This document shows positions 25,901 through 39,267 of a stretch of 64,000 nt of DNA, piece by piece. The DNA comes from Psilocybe cubensis (taxonomy: Eukaryota): NCBI GenBank assembly GCA_017499595.2, contig CM039009.1, forward strand, positions 1,922,001 through 1,986,000, written 5' to 3'. Each line of letters starts with the position of its first letter. Position 1 is the stretch's first letter. The position numbers were made by a program, and so were the translations under genes. The notes beneath the pieces were generated by a model. The model saw nothing but the letters and a program-made list of their open reading frames with translations, ran no database searches and had not been told where the DNA came from.

Positions 25901-27540
25901 TTTCTTCAACATCGGTTTCTCCGGGCACCCCCAAACCTTTGGCTGGGAGTGGAAGAGGCAGGGCATCTACGGCTTGGAACTATCCACCTTGGCCAGACGT
26001 AGACAACACCGAGCAAGTGAACGGTGGTCAGATATATGTGAATTCCAACGCAAATGTGTCTGCTCAGTCACGCGGGTTTCCATCTACTACGGCGATCAAT
26101 TATGGTGCGGGGTTGAATGGCGAGGGTGCACCCTCTACAAATTCGGGTGCTATGGGCAGGCCTTTGGGACTGAGGAGGTCGCATACGAGAATCACATCGG
26201 CGTCGGCGCTGCCGCGTCATGACGTTCTTCCTGCCAGTTCGACGATGAACACCACTGCAAAGGTGTCTAGTTCTACAGACACTAGAGGGACAATGCAAAT
26301 TCCGTCTCATTTCGTCAATGCATTCAGACCTCCTGGACCGCCAACTGGCTCGGCACCCCCGGCAACCTCAAATCCCTGCGCGGGTCAGAACTCTGTTAGT
26401 AATACGGCGGGGCAGATGCATGCGAAAGGCAGCATTTACTTCTTGGATACCATCTCAACTATCGACGAGGACAATCGCGGGTTCGCTAAGAATGATGCAG
26501 AAGTTTCATCTACGCAGACGTCAGTGGGACATGTTGATGGCCCAAGGGATGTGCCGCAGAACACCGTCCTGCCGCCCGTGGACATGCATTACAAAGTTGT
26601 TCAATCAGCAGCTCCGCCTCCAGTTGGGCGGGACGCATGTTTGGATAATGCCCATGCGGCGGCGGCTGGATGTCATGTCCATATGAGGATGCCTGGTGCT
26701 TATCCCTATAGTCATGGGTGCTGTCCATGCCTCTGCTTCTGCTGTTGCTGTTGCAGCCACCGCCACTGCCATCATCATCACCATCACCATAACTATAGTC
26801 ATGTTGAACCCCAATCCACCTGTCCTCCTCCTCCTCCTCCTCCTCCCATACATAATCCAACACCCGCACCTGCTCCTATTCCGCAACCCAGTCATCTTGA
26901 TGCTCCGAGGCACTCTTCGGTGCCAGTACGGGGCGGAAGACTGGGAGCTCGTCCCCAATCGGTGATGTACGAGCTTGAGACGGCTGTATGTATCCCCAGT
27001 TTCCTTGACTCCGTGTCGGGTACAGCCGTGCTTGGGACTGTGGACAAGGAAGACGAAGAAAGGGACAATGAGGATGCGCCGCTCCTGTTTGTTCCAACTT
27101 TTGCATCCAAGACTGGGGTATACAGAGCTTCAAACACAAAGCAGGGCGATAATGAGGATGAGTCGGGGACCGCCCGCGCCCCAATCATCGCCGCAGCAAA
27201 CATGCAGCGGTTTGACGGATCGTTTGTACTCGATGCGCAGTTACATGTACTGATGGGCAACTCTAGGAGGAACGTGTCACTGGAGAGGCTAAGAGAGGCC
27301 ATTCCTGCCCGGCTCAAGGAACGCGTCGGTGCGAATGTGCATGAGGCAGAGACTGTCTGGGCAACGGTGCTTGTTGCTGCATATTTGAAGAAATCGCTCC
27401 CACAGGAAAAGGAGGTGTGGATTGGACTGTGGGATAAGGCGGCGGCGTATGTGGAGGGGAAAGTTGGGAGGACAGCTAGTCAGGGTCTTGAAGGTCTGTC
27501 GTTTGCGCGGTTGGTATTGGAGGCATCGAGGTTGGTGTAA
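22999..27540 (+). CDS. VIT + von Willebrand A domain protein (VWA5A-like) with a long low-complexity insert
   Basis: VIT-like LPLRSVSAKVYIVD|VSARVVLTQIY..YIFPVPANGAVCAFTM; VWA MIDAS motif IFLIDRSGSM, GGTEI, FVLTDGEV, FTLGIG; C-terminal QRFDGSF..VWATVLVAAYL; TATAAAA at ~22958. Confidence 0.9.
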
Positions 27541-27719
27541 GTTGGGAGAAGTGAACAAGATTTCTTGGACAATTTATGTTGTTCTGGGTGCTCAGTCTGG
27601 CCTGGGTTGCTGTGAGGATGACCTCACGATTCCGTCTCTCCTATGTCAACCTCGTCATTGACCCCGACGATTCTGTTTTCTCAAATACATTGTAAATAAC
27701 CATTTTTAGAAAAAGAAAT

Positions 27720-27871
27720 TCTTTTTTTGGACGCGTGGCGGGCGACATATATTAAGGGAAGCAGAAAACAAACAACAACATACTCCGGAGGGGTATAAAA
27801 ATCGGACGGTCGAGCAGATATGCCTCCATCGTCTCTTGACTCTCTTCCACAACCATCTCATCATATTTTGG
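27720..27871 (+). repeat. Family R copy D, 5' part (TATA and start region), split by the KDZ insertion
   Basis: GGGTATAAAAAT..GACGGTC..CCTCCATCGTCTCTTGACTCTCTTCC matches the reverse complement of ~16070-16150. Confidence 0.75.
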
Positions 27872-27900
27872 CAGCCTTACCTGCTACCTGAACCCATCAC

Positions 27901-28428
27901 ATACTGGAAACTGCCAGGTGGGCAGTATATATCTAGCCTGGCAGTTTCCAGTTGCCACATTTGATGCATTCGCCGCGTCTGAGCACGTGCTGGGCAGCTG
28001 CACCAAACAATGCGTCAATACGCATGCCGGCCGTTCGGAATAGCGTTGCTCGTCGTTGGGGCCGCCGTTCGGGCTGAAAAAAATACGGGTCGGTAGCCAG
28101 CAGCGCCTAGAATGCGGCGGCGTTGTTTGCGCAGGGTTCGGGGGTGGTGGCGGGATGGATTGGTCGGGGTGGGTTTGGATGACGCGGGGGAATTAAATGC
28201 GCGCCTTCCCGATTGGGATGTTCGCGGGTGCAGTAGCCGTGTGCCCACCGCCCTTGCTGGTCTGGACCGCACACAGCCTCCTGATGATCACTCATCAGTG
28301 ATGCAAGTATATTTTTAGACGCAATCTCGGCCCACCCCTGCCCACCCTGGTCTGGGCCTGGCACTGCCTCTGATGATCATTCATCAGTGATGCAGGCGTA
28401 TTTTTAGACGCGATGGATGGTTCCTGTC
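27901..28428 (+). repeat. Left inner TIR of the KDZ element
   Basis: Reverse complement of 46541-47052, near-identical apart from a ~17-bp indel and a few substitutions. Confidence 0.95.
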
Positions 28429-28806
28429 TATCCCAGCTTGGCAGCATCATCCGCCCCCCACTGGATCCATTTGGCTTGCGGCTCTCGCCTATCACACCAC
28501 ATGCCCAGGCTCCTCCAGGCTCTCGGTATCCGGCCTCAGAAAACCGGGTATGCATTTCAACTTTGCAGTGCAACACAGTAGGTTGGTTACAATGTTCTTC
28601 AGTAGTTGTCGTAGCTGTAATGTACACAGATACGTGGATATGTTTAGTAGAGATTTTTTAAAACAAGACATTAATTATTGTGTTGCTTTAAGTCATTAAT
28701 TCTATCTCTTATTGTAACAGAATGGTGCACTCCAGACTATGAAGATAAATGCATTTTAGGCATGGCAATACAAAAAAACCTACAAGCAAGCCTAATGTCC
28801 ATCGTA

Positions 28807-30939
28807 CTAAGTACTACTTGCGCTTGCCACACCCGCCGTCTCATTTCCTAAACTCGCCGCAGAATCAGTCACGTCTGGAATCACGTTGCCCTGGGCGTCA
28901 ATACGACGTCCATATTTATCAATAGGGTTTCCTTGCTCATCTTCGTAGTGCCACCTAATTACATTGTGAGTAACATCCCAGCAGTGGACATGAAGTATGA
29001 CTTACGATGGTTTAACTCGCTTTTTTGGAGGCGCTGGTGTTGTTGACGGTTGGGGTTGAGCCTTGCGCTTCAGCCGTTCCACAGGTGGAGCAGACGTCGT
29101 TGACTTCTTGGCACCCTTGGCCTTCTTCTTCCCAGATTTCTTGGCCACTGGTGGATTGTTAGGTGACGCGGTCGAGGGCTCAGACGTATCAATAGAATTT
29201 TCTGCAGGCGCTACCTGCAAAGGGGCACCGCTTTGCAAGGAAGTCGGGGCAACTGAGGGAGAGGGAGATTGTGCACGAGGTATGGTGGCAGGCGGCGCAG
29301 CAGCGGAGGTAGCAACAGGCACCGTCTGCACTATTGGTCCCGCTTGATTCGACGGTTGCTCGGCATTGCGAATAACATCCGGAACATCCGGCACTGATAC
29401 GGAGCTTGATGCAGTGGGAATGCGAGCCGGAGACCTGGTGAAAACGGGAGAGACGGCGCGCGACACGCACGGAGACGCCTGAGGAGATTCTGGCAGAGGA
29501 TCGAAAGGAAATGGATTTTCGGCATCACCTTGACGTGTGTTGTCATTGACTCTTGCGCTTGTGCTTGCAGACTCATGTTCTGGAAGAACCTCCGGCGCCA
29601 TTAGATTTTCTGTTTCTGCCGAGACTCCGGTTGGCGGTACTCTGAAAGCTATACCGTGTACTGACGTGCTTTCATTTTCATTCTGAAGCAAAGCGGCGGC
29701 AGGTACCAACCCGTCCATATCATCCTTTGGGAGCGCGCGAGACCTGCATTCTTCCGGAGCTGATCCAGTATCAATAAAACATAATAAAAAGAGGAACAAT
29801 AGACACGTACTGTAACACTTGTGTAAAAAGGTACCAAACAACGGAATCATATAGTTTTTAAACTTATGACGTTCGGTCTGACCGAGATTCATTTTTATGT
29901 CACCGGAGGTCTCGCCGGAATGCATCCTGATTCCTATGTCAATGTTTACAGTCTACAAAAAAAAACAAGCTGCCAACTCACGTTATCACACTTAAATCGC
30001 CACCTTTTGCAGGCTCTGGACCTCCTGCAACTAGCATTAACTTCCAGCCAGTTGTCTCGCTTGCAATGTCCAAAATCGGTTCCATGACTTTAACCAGACT
30101 GTTGATTGCTCTAAAGCCGCAATGTACGTCATTAGTAAAATAAGCGCCGGCAATGAAATTAAAGCACGCACCGTTGTCTATCTGCAGGGCTCTTTGACGG
30201 CGACCACGAAGCTTTATATGCCGCTATTGCTTCAGCATGGTCTTCTTCACTTTTCCTGTGCCACGCTTCTTGCTCAGTTTTTGACAGTTCCGCAAACATT
30301 TCCCTCGCAATCCTATCACGATCTGCGGCCTTGTTGGATTTTTTCATTGGTTCTCCTCTGGCAAGCGCGCGCGCAACCTCAGCCTCGTATCGATCATCGA
30401 TGGCATTACGCTGGGACTTGCGCCATGTGTTGACGTCTGACTTCATGCGTGGGCGTGATGTGTCTTTCCCAGCAAGCTTCTGCAGTAAGCTCAATAGTGT
30501 GCTCTCGCTGAGCTTCTTGGGATGGTGCTCTTTATTATATTGATAGACAAACCATCGCTTTATTTGCTAAAGAAAATTAGGCGGTAAGTAGGGTACAAAT
30601 CAGTGTTCAGATAAGCTCACGTACTCCAGAGATTGCTTCTCGCCGAGAGTTTCTGGCTTTGACCTCTGCCACAACCTTGGAGAACTCCTCTTCCGACATC
30701 GTTTCGCGGTTTGGCTCTGGCACATCAGGTTCCGGGGCGTCATCATCCACTGCGCGCAGAGATTCCTCCGTCGGCTCATAGTCCGCAGGCATTGTCAACG
30801 GAAATCGTTTGAAGAAACGCCGGTTGATGTTCATTAGCGTCTCTCCGACATGGTTGGCCTCGACAGCTTTCGCATACTCTTCTTTCTGAGTCATCAAAAA
30901 GTCTTTGCGAGCGCCTTTAAAAGCTCCAGGGTTAGGCAT
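28807..30939 (-). CDS. KDZ-associated protein with a divergent HMG-box-like region, multi-exon
   Basis: MPNPGAFKGARKDFL..RRFFKRFP..; AREMFAELSKTEQEAWHRKSEEDHAEAIAAYK resembles HMG helices; Pro/Ser-rich tail and PPKKRVK NLS. HMG genes are established KDZ cargo. Confidence 0.7.
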
Positions 30940-31368
30940 CTAAGTTCTTAGTGAGTACATATACAAATATTTAAATCATGTTATGTTTGTTTGAGAACAT
31001 ACAGTTTGTAGAATGAGGGAGACTTGGACGTCAAAATTTATGCTTCTAGGCAGGAAGTTTTGGTTGAAAACACAGCCTACTAACACGGTCATTTTGTTAG
31101 CGCAATTCGCAATGCCTTTGAATCAAACCAAACCACTGGAGTTGTGAGTCGGAAATCATATTAGGCATGAATGCCAAGTTTACATTTACAATTTGAATGA
31201 TACCCTAGAGCGCTAGTGTTCACTAGGTTATGTACAGTCAAACCAAGTCAGCACGTCGACAAACCAGCTTGGAGTTCGGATGTTTTTATATATTTTATCT
31301 TTCTAATTTTTGATCACTAACAGAAACTTTAAAAGCAGATTTTCGTGAAGCATTCCGACCGACAAAAA

Positions 31369-33064
31369 ATGTCGTCAGACTCCCCTCCTCCTACCTCAGA
31401 CCCGCCCAACGCGTCAGCCGCTGCTGCTACGCCCTCTTCATTGTCGGCCTCTACTCCGACTACACAATCTGCGGCGCACCCCTCTGCAACGCCATCTTCG
31501 TCGTCGGCCCCCACTCCGACCACACAGTCTGCAACACACCCCTCTGCAACGGCCCCCAGTGCAGCTGCAGCACCACCGGCACAGCCTGCGCCTCCTTCTG
31601 CCCGCGCGGCTTCCTCCCTGGTTTCGGTCCCTCGTGATAACGGCAACGCCGGTGCGTTGCCGTTTTTTGGTGTCAATTTCTCTTCGTCTCGCGCCCCACG
31701 TCCATCGGAGCTGCTTCAACCAGCGATCACAATTCTGGTGGTGACTATCGGATACATTGTTGGGCTGTTTGACCGTGCAGAGTAAGCAGCTGTTGAATTT
31801 TATAAAAAAAAATAACCTACTGATGTGATCTTCTAGTCAAATAGATATGAATCTCTTGCTTCGTGTTCCCGGATACGCTATCCGCCAATTTTTTTCGTGG
31901 AGTGAAGCCGTTGCCTATTACACGGAGAGATACCTTGCAGGGGATGTACACATCGTTCCCCCTTCGCCATCCACGTCGACCGGTCTTTCCTCTGGCTCGT
32001 CCCCAGCTCCACCTCCTCCTGCACATGTGTCTGTCCCAGTGCCGCCACCTCCTATTACTGCGCGCCAAGCACTATCAACGTCTCGTGATCCCACGGCTGT
32101 ACGTCGAACCGCCGCACCAGCTATTGCACCCGTACGGGCGCCTGAAGATCCTAATGCCCGATATGGGAGTGAGTTCAACCCAATTCCTGTTGGCATGGGC
32201 AATGCTCTGACCCGCCGTGCTGTTCGTCTGGCCCGACTTGCAGATAATGTGCCGTCGCCGTCGTCTTCTACCCCACCGTCCAACTCCAAGACATCATCTG
32301 TGTCTACCGCGCCTTCGAAGTCCAAGGGCAAAGCTCCTGCTTCTGTATCGCAGACTTCAAACTCCAAGGGAAAAAACAAGCGGCCTGCTTCGTCTACCGG
32401 ATTTTGAGTTCCAAAGGAGAAGCTAATCAAAATGAACGGCAGCAATTGGTATTGCGACCCACAGGATCCTGAGAACTACATATGGCATTCACGAGCGTCT
32501 CCTGACCGCAACTCCCCATCTAGCGCCCCCCCACCCTCTTATTCTGATTTGCCCCCTGCCACCATTACTGGAAACTCTGAATCAGCTGCAGGTTCCAGCT
32601 CTGCCACGGGTTCCAGGTCTTCGCGGGCTTCTACAAACTCGGCAAACAATCGTACCCGGTGGAGAGGTAACCCTGACTCTCCTCCTTGGCCCAACCCACC
32701 CTTGGTATCACGTCAGGGGGAAGGTAGCTCTGCGTCATGGAATGACCTGTCCTCAGCCTCTCAGGATGCAGATTCTCAGCGTCTCACTCAACACCAGCAA
32801 CGGATTTTGTCTGCAGCTGCAGCAGCACGACGTCAGCGTCAATCATTGGTTGGATCTTCTCAGGACTCTGCGACTATCGGTAACTCTCAGACCCTTGAAC
32901 AATCTGTGTTATTCACATGTGATGCGGATTTCTTCAATCATGGAGCTTCCCACCCGTCCTTATCTTCTCTCATGGCATCAGCCGACTCAGGTACTTCTGC
33001 TCCTCCTGGCTCTGAAGAAACACCAGAAATGCCCCAGGACGATGACGATGAAGATATGATGTAA
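31369..33064 (+). pseudogene. Low-complexity protein with an RNase H1 N-terminal (hybrid-binding/viroplasmin)-like domain; in-frame stop at 32405-32407
   Basis: VVTIGYIVGLF..RVPGYAIRQFFSWSEAVAYY pattern; the frame continues past TGA into the 32432-33064 ORF. Confidence 0.55.
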
Positions 33065-33262
33065 GGCAAAGGTGTATTTTGCAAAGGGTATGCTGTAGGG
33101 GACGTATCTCACAACTTAGTTTACACTGGTACTTTACTAAGCTTTTTTTATTTCAATTTCATATGAGATTGGCTGGCTCTTTGGGGTGTGATTGTTGCTC
33201 AATGCACGTGAAAAACATTCAGATATTGATAAAAATGTAAAATGAAATTTTACTGAACCAAA

Positions 33263-33838
33263 TCAGTGAACAGGCGAACCACCTCGGTAAGAGTTGCGTC
33301 CATGCAAACTGATCCATTCCTCCTCAGTAATGCCATGAGCCAGCGCGCTCAGGCGTATCCATTCTTCCTCCTCATCCGGGTCCTCCTCTTCTTCGTTTGG
33401 AGGGTTTTGTTTTTTCCTACGTAGATAGTTTGTATACTAATGACTTTGACAATAAAATAAAACATACCTGTAGTAAATTTTGGCCTTAACCTTCAACGTG
33501 AAACGGTTTCGTTCACGATATCTAGCCTGGGCCTCACGATGCTTCTGTCTGCTCAAAGCAAGCTCGTTGTCAGGCAGACTCTTGCGACTGATGGTCATGA
33601 ATGAGGTTAGGTTGTAACATAGTATGCGCACGTTGGACGTACCGTTGATAACGCTCTTGCGATTTCCGTCGCTCGCGTTTGCAGTTGCTAAGAAAGTTAA
33701 GTTTGCGTGTAGTTAAGTTTGCGTAGGTTGATTGCGTTGACAGAGACCTACGTACGCCTCATAGTAAGCACGTCTCCGTCTGAGATACATCTCACGGTTT
33801 ACAGTTTTGATTGCTTTTGAAGCGCGTTGGCGTGCCAT
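33263..33838 (-). CDS. Small basic coiled-coil protein with an acidic tail, multi-exon (KDZ cargo)
   Basis: MARQRASKAIKTVNREMYLRRRRAYYEA|..|LSRQKHREAQARYRERNRFTLKVKAKIYYR|..EEEEDPDEEEEW; GT-AG introns. Confidence 0.6.
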
Positions 33839-34435
33839 TAATACACGTAGGGCAGAGTATAACGGTGTTTGATAAAGAGGCGATCACAATGTTTTGAAGT
33901 CAGGCAAGGCTTGAACGGCAAGGCTAGAACAAATACTTACCTAAAAAGGTATGAACCGAGGCGGGTCAAGTGTAGTTCACACAAAGAAAATTCTTTTGCA
34001 CAACATTGCGTGCGGCTTTCAGAGAATTGAAAAATACCATAAATAATCTAAAATACGTTTGAAGACGTTTCTGAAAAAAAAATTTTTTTGGTGTATCCAA
34101 AGTGCATTATGAGGACGTACGTACATACGTGGATTGTGTGCAGTGTTCGAAATATCACCATTTTTGTAACTACACTAATGCTCTAATTTTTTGACAAATC
34201 AATTCTCCCAAAGATTCTCTGTCTTTAGACACTGTATTCATAGCGTTAGAGTCACAATTAAGCATTATACGAGGCAAAAACCATCAAACCGAGATCACCA
34301 TAAACATCACCCGAGATCACCATACGTTAGCCTGCTTTTACACTACTCCAGCAATTCTCATCTCATTCCTTTAATTTTTATCTTGGACTGATTTGATTCA
34401 CATCTGCTATATCAGGAAGTATCTAATGAATGTAA

Positions 34436-35844
34436 CTATGCAGTGGTTTTGGCATTATTTGACGTAGATAACAGAGACAATCCCAACTTCCATCGTGTTG
34501 CGTTAGCTTCCTCGTCTTGCGCACGTTGCTCTCGAGTCAGCTTCGCCAAATAACGCTCACGCGTCATGAAGTTATTCTCTACCCATCGAAAGATTCCGCC
34601 CGCTGTGTACTGCGCGAATGAATAGCGACGTTCTGTTTCCTTGATGGGCACGTTGGAATGTGTAATCAGGGCTGAGGGGAATAAAATGGTGCACCCAGGT
34701 GGGAACTCGATGACAATCTTAAGCTCCCATAATATCAAATGGCCTCCTGCTGTGTAGTCGAAGTCTCCCAGGGCGGTTACGGCGCACCAGCCAAACGCAA
34801 GGTTTGCGAAATCCTTGTGCTGGAAGCAGGTTGTCCATGGGCCAAAATTATACGACACAGCACTAAAGATGCTGTCAGGGAAGATGCGACGGAGCTTGGG
34901 GTGCTTGGAATGTAGTTTTGAAAGCGTTGTGGCATAGTACTGATAGAGCTGGTTTGCCCACGTATACATGACAGCTGCCAATACGTTTTCAGTGCGCGCA
35001 GTTGTCCAAAATGAGGAGAAACTTACATGATGCGAAACTGGAGAATCTCTGGAACGGTTCCATTGCGTTTAACTCGGCCAGGACTTCGGCGTTTGGCTTG
35101 GAATTCTTAACGTTGCCCGGCATTTTTCGACCACCTCCGTGTGATACGCCACAATTGAGAGAAATGAAGGCTCCTCGACGATGAGTTTCGTCCTCGATTG
35201 GGATGCAACACCGATCGCGTCGAGCCTCAATGGCAGCAGAGGCCTGGCGCTGAAGATCTTGCCAGTAGGGGTCGTTAGGGTGGTTTGCAATTACCCCAAT
35301 GACATGGTTACTCGCATCGACAATCGGAGTAGATTCGCTGTAAGATCGAAGGCGTATTCGAGACTGGGGACTAGTTGAAACGAAAAAAAAAAACTTACCC
35401 TGTGTGCTTGATCAACCGGAACTTGTATTCGGACTGCTCTCCCACCAGATCTTCCAACGTATACGCCCTATCCGACGTAGGCCCTTGGTTCAAGGCTATG
35501 TAACCCGTGCTGGAAACAGGGATGTTTTCCGTTTGAAGGTCGCAGTGCGCCGGAGCCGATTTGTCAATGAGTTTGCTGTGGGCCCGAGCGCGAACATACG
35601 CGTCGGCCGCCTTGGATTCTTTCTGACGTTTTTTTGCCCGGGCGTTGTTGGCCGCCTTATTTCTTTTGACAACTCGTTTTTGCTGGCCTTCAGTGAGAGG
35701 GCGCTCCAGGGGTGTTGATGCGTAGGTAGTGGAGGCGATGGGGGTGTGAATACGAGGTGCTCGAAGATCAAACCCCGGGTCTTGTAATGCCGCCACAATG
35801 TGACCGGGGAGATCGAAAAACGCCTGCAACAGGGACGTGTGCAT
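34436..35844 (-). CDS. TET/JBP-family 2OG-Fe(II) DNA dioxygenase (fungal CcTET-like)
   Basis: HxD motif (QHKDFANLAFGWCAVTALGDFD), GGHLILWELK, EFPPGCTILFPSA, distal His (THSN) and 2OG-binding Arg (RRYSFAQY); start exon uncertain. Confidence 0.88.
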
Positions 35845-35913
35845 CCTACGGTTTACGCGAGTTGTGAAGAGTTAGCTATGGGTAAGCGGTTGGGGCACAA
35901 AGGGTTTAAACCT

Positions 35914-35998
35914 CAGTGTATGTCCGTGCCCGAACATTCCTGAGGAAAACACCGCCTTTCGCAGTCCAACAGTGTATGTCCGTGCCCGAACATTCCTG
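35914..35998. repeat. 29-bp perfect direct repeat between the divergent TET and transposase genes
   Basis: CAGTGTATGTCCGTGCCCGAACATTCCTG at 35914-35942 and 35970-35998. Confidence 0.85.
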
Positions 35999-38900
35999 TT
36001 TTCTTGCCAGAGGGAGGGTGTGGAAACAAAGGGGGAAGGAAAGAGTGCTTGAAGACTTACCTTTCACGTTCAAATGTTGGTTGAGATCTAAGCAAGTTGG
36101 ATTGACGATGACGACAAAGATTAATGAATATTTCCCACGAGCGCGTGACTGCACTCAATGATTCCGAGTAGACCCTGAATAATGGTGAGTTGTCAATGCA
36201 AGCTTTTTACCTTTAACGCATAACCTTAATATGTCAAACTCTGACAGGCCCTCTAAGCGATCACGCACTGGTCGTTCATCATATCACGACACTGTGCCCA
36301 GCTTGAATAGGCACGATGTCATCCACGTCAGCGAAGGGACAATTCGAAATATAGGAGGAGTTTTTCGAGCGACTCGCAGATTTGAGTCGCCTCAACGTGT
36401 CGCTGGAACTTGGGAGCAAGTCACGTCTTGGGAACCGCCGGATGACGAAGAATATGCTTTAAATCCCGACGGGGATTTTTACAATACCGTCGTAGATCAG
36501 GAGGTGGTGGCCGAGGATGGCACAAAAGACACTGTAAAAAGACAACAGAGCAAGGTTTCGGTAAGAAATGAGTACGTTATGACAGCAGTAGACGCTAAAA
36601 CCATGCATAGAAACGGCCTCACGTAGTTTGGAAAGAGACCCACCGTGAAACATATCTGGAAGAGATTCTTCGCTGGGCCGGGCGCGGTGACTTCCGCCAT
36701 GCTACACAGTGTCCAGACTGCCTTGTACGAGGAGTAACGCCCGAGACTCCTGAATTCAGGTGTCGCGAATGCTTTTCGCCTGACCTCGTATGCCAGGCCT
36801 GCTGTGTGAAACGCCACAGATTACATCCCTTTCACCGAATTCAGGTAAGCTGTTTGGCATCCAGTTATCATCTAATATTATCTTTAACATACCTATCTTG
36901 TAGAGATGGACCGGCACCCACTTTTTGGCAGTTTCTCTAAACACAATTGGGGGAAAAATTCAGCTGAATCATTCCAGCGGGTATTGCAAAAACCCAACGC
37001 CGTGTCATGCCAGTTTTTTGGTGCTCCATACGAATGGAATTCATTCGGTCAACTTATTTTACTGTAACTGCTCCAGAGCTATCCCTCATCACTTGCAATT
37101 ACTCCGACGACGGCTATACCCAGCTTCACAAATTACTCCAAAAACAGTTGCAACTTTTGAGTTGCTGCGTCATCTCCATAAAATGGCATTAACTACCAAG
37201 GCCTCGACATATGACTTTTATCGCGCTCTTGAAAAGTCAACAAACAACACAGGGATTAACCTCCCACCCTCGCGTTACCCTGCACTATTCCGGATGATTC
37301 TTCAATGGCGGCATTTACAAATGCTAAAGTGGGCGGGGAGAGGGCATAGCCCCACAGGGGCTGCAGGTACAGGCGAGGGTGAGCTTGCAATTCAGTGCCC
37401 GTCTTGCCCACATCCCAGTATAAATCTTCCTGTTGGCTGGGAAAATGCGCCAGACGAAATGAAGTGAGTTATATTGATGTTCACTAGTATCCGATAGCTA
37501 ACGTTACTACAGATTCCTCTATATGGTTATGATATGCATGGACGCCAACTTCCGATTAAAAAATCAGATGGTGTCTAACTGGTCTCAAGACCCTGGGCTT
37601 GGAATCGGGTGGGCGTATATGATACCACTCAAAGGATATGAGGAGTATGTCAAGAGCCGGCTGTCAGACAAAGACGTAAGATTCAAGAGTTTGAATAGCT
37701 ATTGGTTACTGATACCGGGTCTAGATAAGCACATGCGTTGGGTTTCAAGCACTAGCCAAGGCCAATACAAAATTTTCAATTGGACTACGTTACACGGGCC
37801 TGGGACTTACAGTATGCGGTCGCTCAGAGATGATTATGAGAGTTGGAAATCTACATAAGGGAGAAAGGTGCGTGCTATCAATTTAATGCTAGATGAATTT
37901 GTGTTCTAAGAATTCATAGATATGCCAACATGGACTACATTTTTGCTTCAATTCTTCGAACATTGGCTGTACAATTTGTGCTGGCAAGCTACGATATAGC
38001 TTGTCAGTGGTTCATCAATCTTCTTCGGCGAATCGAAACACAGTGGCCAGATGAAATCAAGCCACGTTCCAACATCACACTGATGCCCGCAATCCCCAAG
38101 CTGCATGAGCCAATGCACAAGCAGCAAAATCATGAGCTATACTCCTACAACTACATGCCTGGTGTTGGTTTATCAGACGGAGAGTGCCCCGAGCGTGTAT
38201 GGGCGCCGCACAATGTCCTGGCAAACGCAACCAAGACTCAGGGTCCGGGTTCACGACATGACACTCTTGACGACCATTTCGGCTTTTGGAATTGGCTCAA
38301 ATATACGTCGATGGGAACTACGTTGCTTCGAAAGTATAAAAATGCGGTGGCTCAGCGAAATATTCAGACAGAGGGCCATCGGGGCTTGACAGATTCTTTG
38401 GAAGACCCAAGACTTGTGCCTGCATGGGAGAAAATGTGTGTCGAATGGGAGAAAGATCCCTTTCCAAAAACCACAGCAAAAAACCCATATTATGTGAAGG
38501 AGACTGGTAAGTGATCCCACCTATATTCATCTATCATATGCCTGATTAGGTATAGGTGCATCTGAAGCTGAAGTCAAGAAGGCCCTTCACGATGAAGAGG
38601 CTGAATTTTTATCTAAAGGTGGAACGTTACCGCACAAAACTACCCCGTCTGTCTTTATTGGTATGGGCCTAGACCTTGAGGAAGCACAGTAAGTTATATT
38701 CCTCGTCTACAACATAAGACTTTAACTTATAACATGGGTGCAGGCGGCGACTTAAACGGCTAGCTACCAACACGAGTGCAGATGCCACTATTCGCCAAGA
38801 AGGCACACTCACGGAGCAGCGAAATATCCTCACTACACGCATTCGGGCATGGGAGCAACTTGTTCCCATCTATATGCCAGGACTGCTTCAGTATCAGACA

Positions 38901-39267
38901 GATAATCCGCCGACAGAGCAGTCAACGCACGCCGAAGACATTGTCCTGTGGCTTCCATCAATGGTACCCGCAGAATGCAGAGAAACTATCTGTGTGGCCG
39001 GCTTGGCTGATGTCGAACAGAAGCTGCGGATGGCGCATATGACCGACTCTTTGAATGCAATACGGCAGATTCTCAAAATCAAGTCACGAATGATTGAATT
39101 CAAAAATAAAAACATACGAGGACAACGTGGGGGAACCAGGTCAACGTCAGTTATCGACCGCGTGCATGAGCGTGCACGATTTGCAGCAGGAAAATATCGT
39201 GCAGCTCGGAAAGCTTATTTCGAGTTGGCAGGACCTGGTAACTGGGAGCAGAATTACCGTATACTTG

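Noticed and set aside
28015-28364. ORFs in the TIRs (also 46588-46938)
   Set aside because: GC-rich TIR sequence, frames differ between the two TIRs, no recognisable domain.
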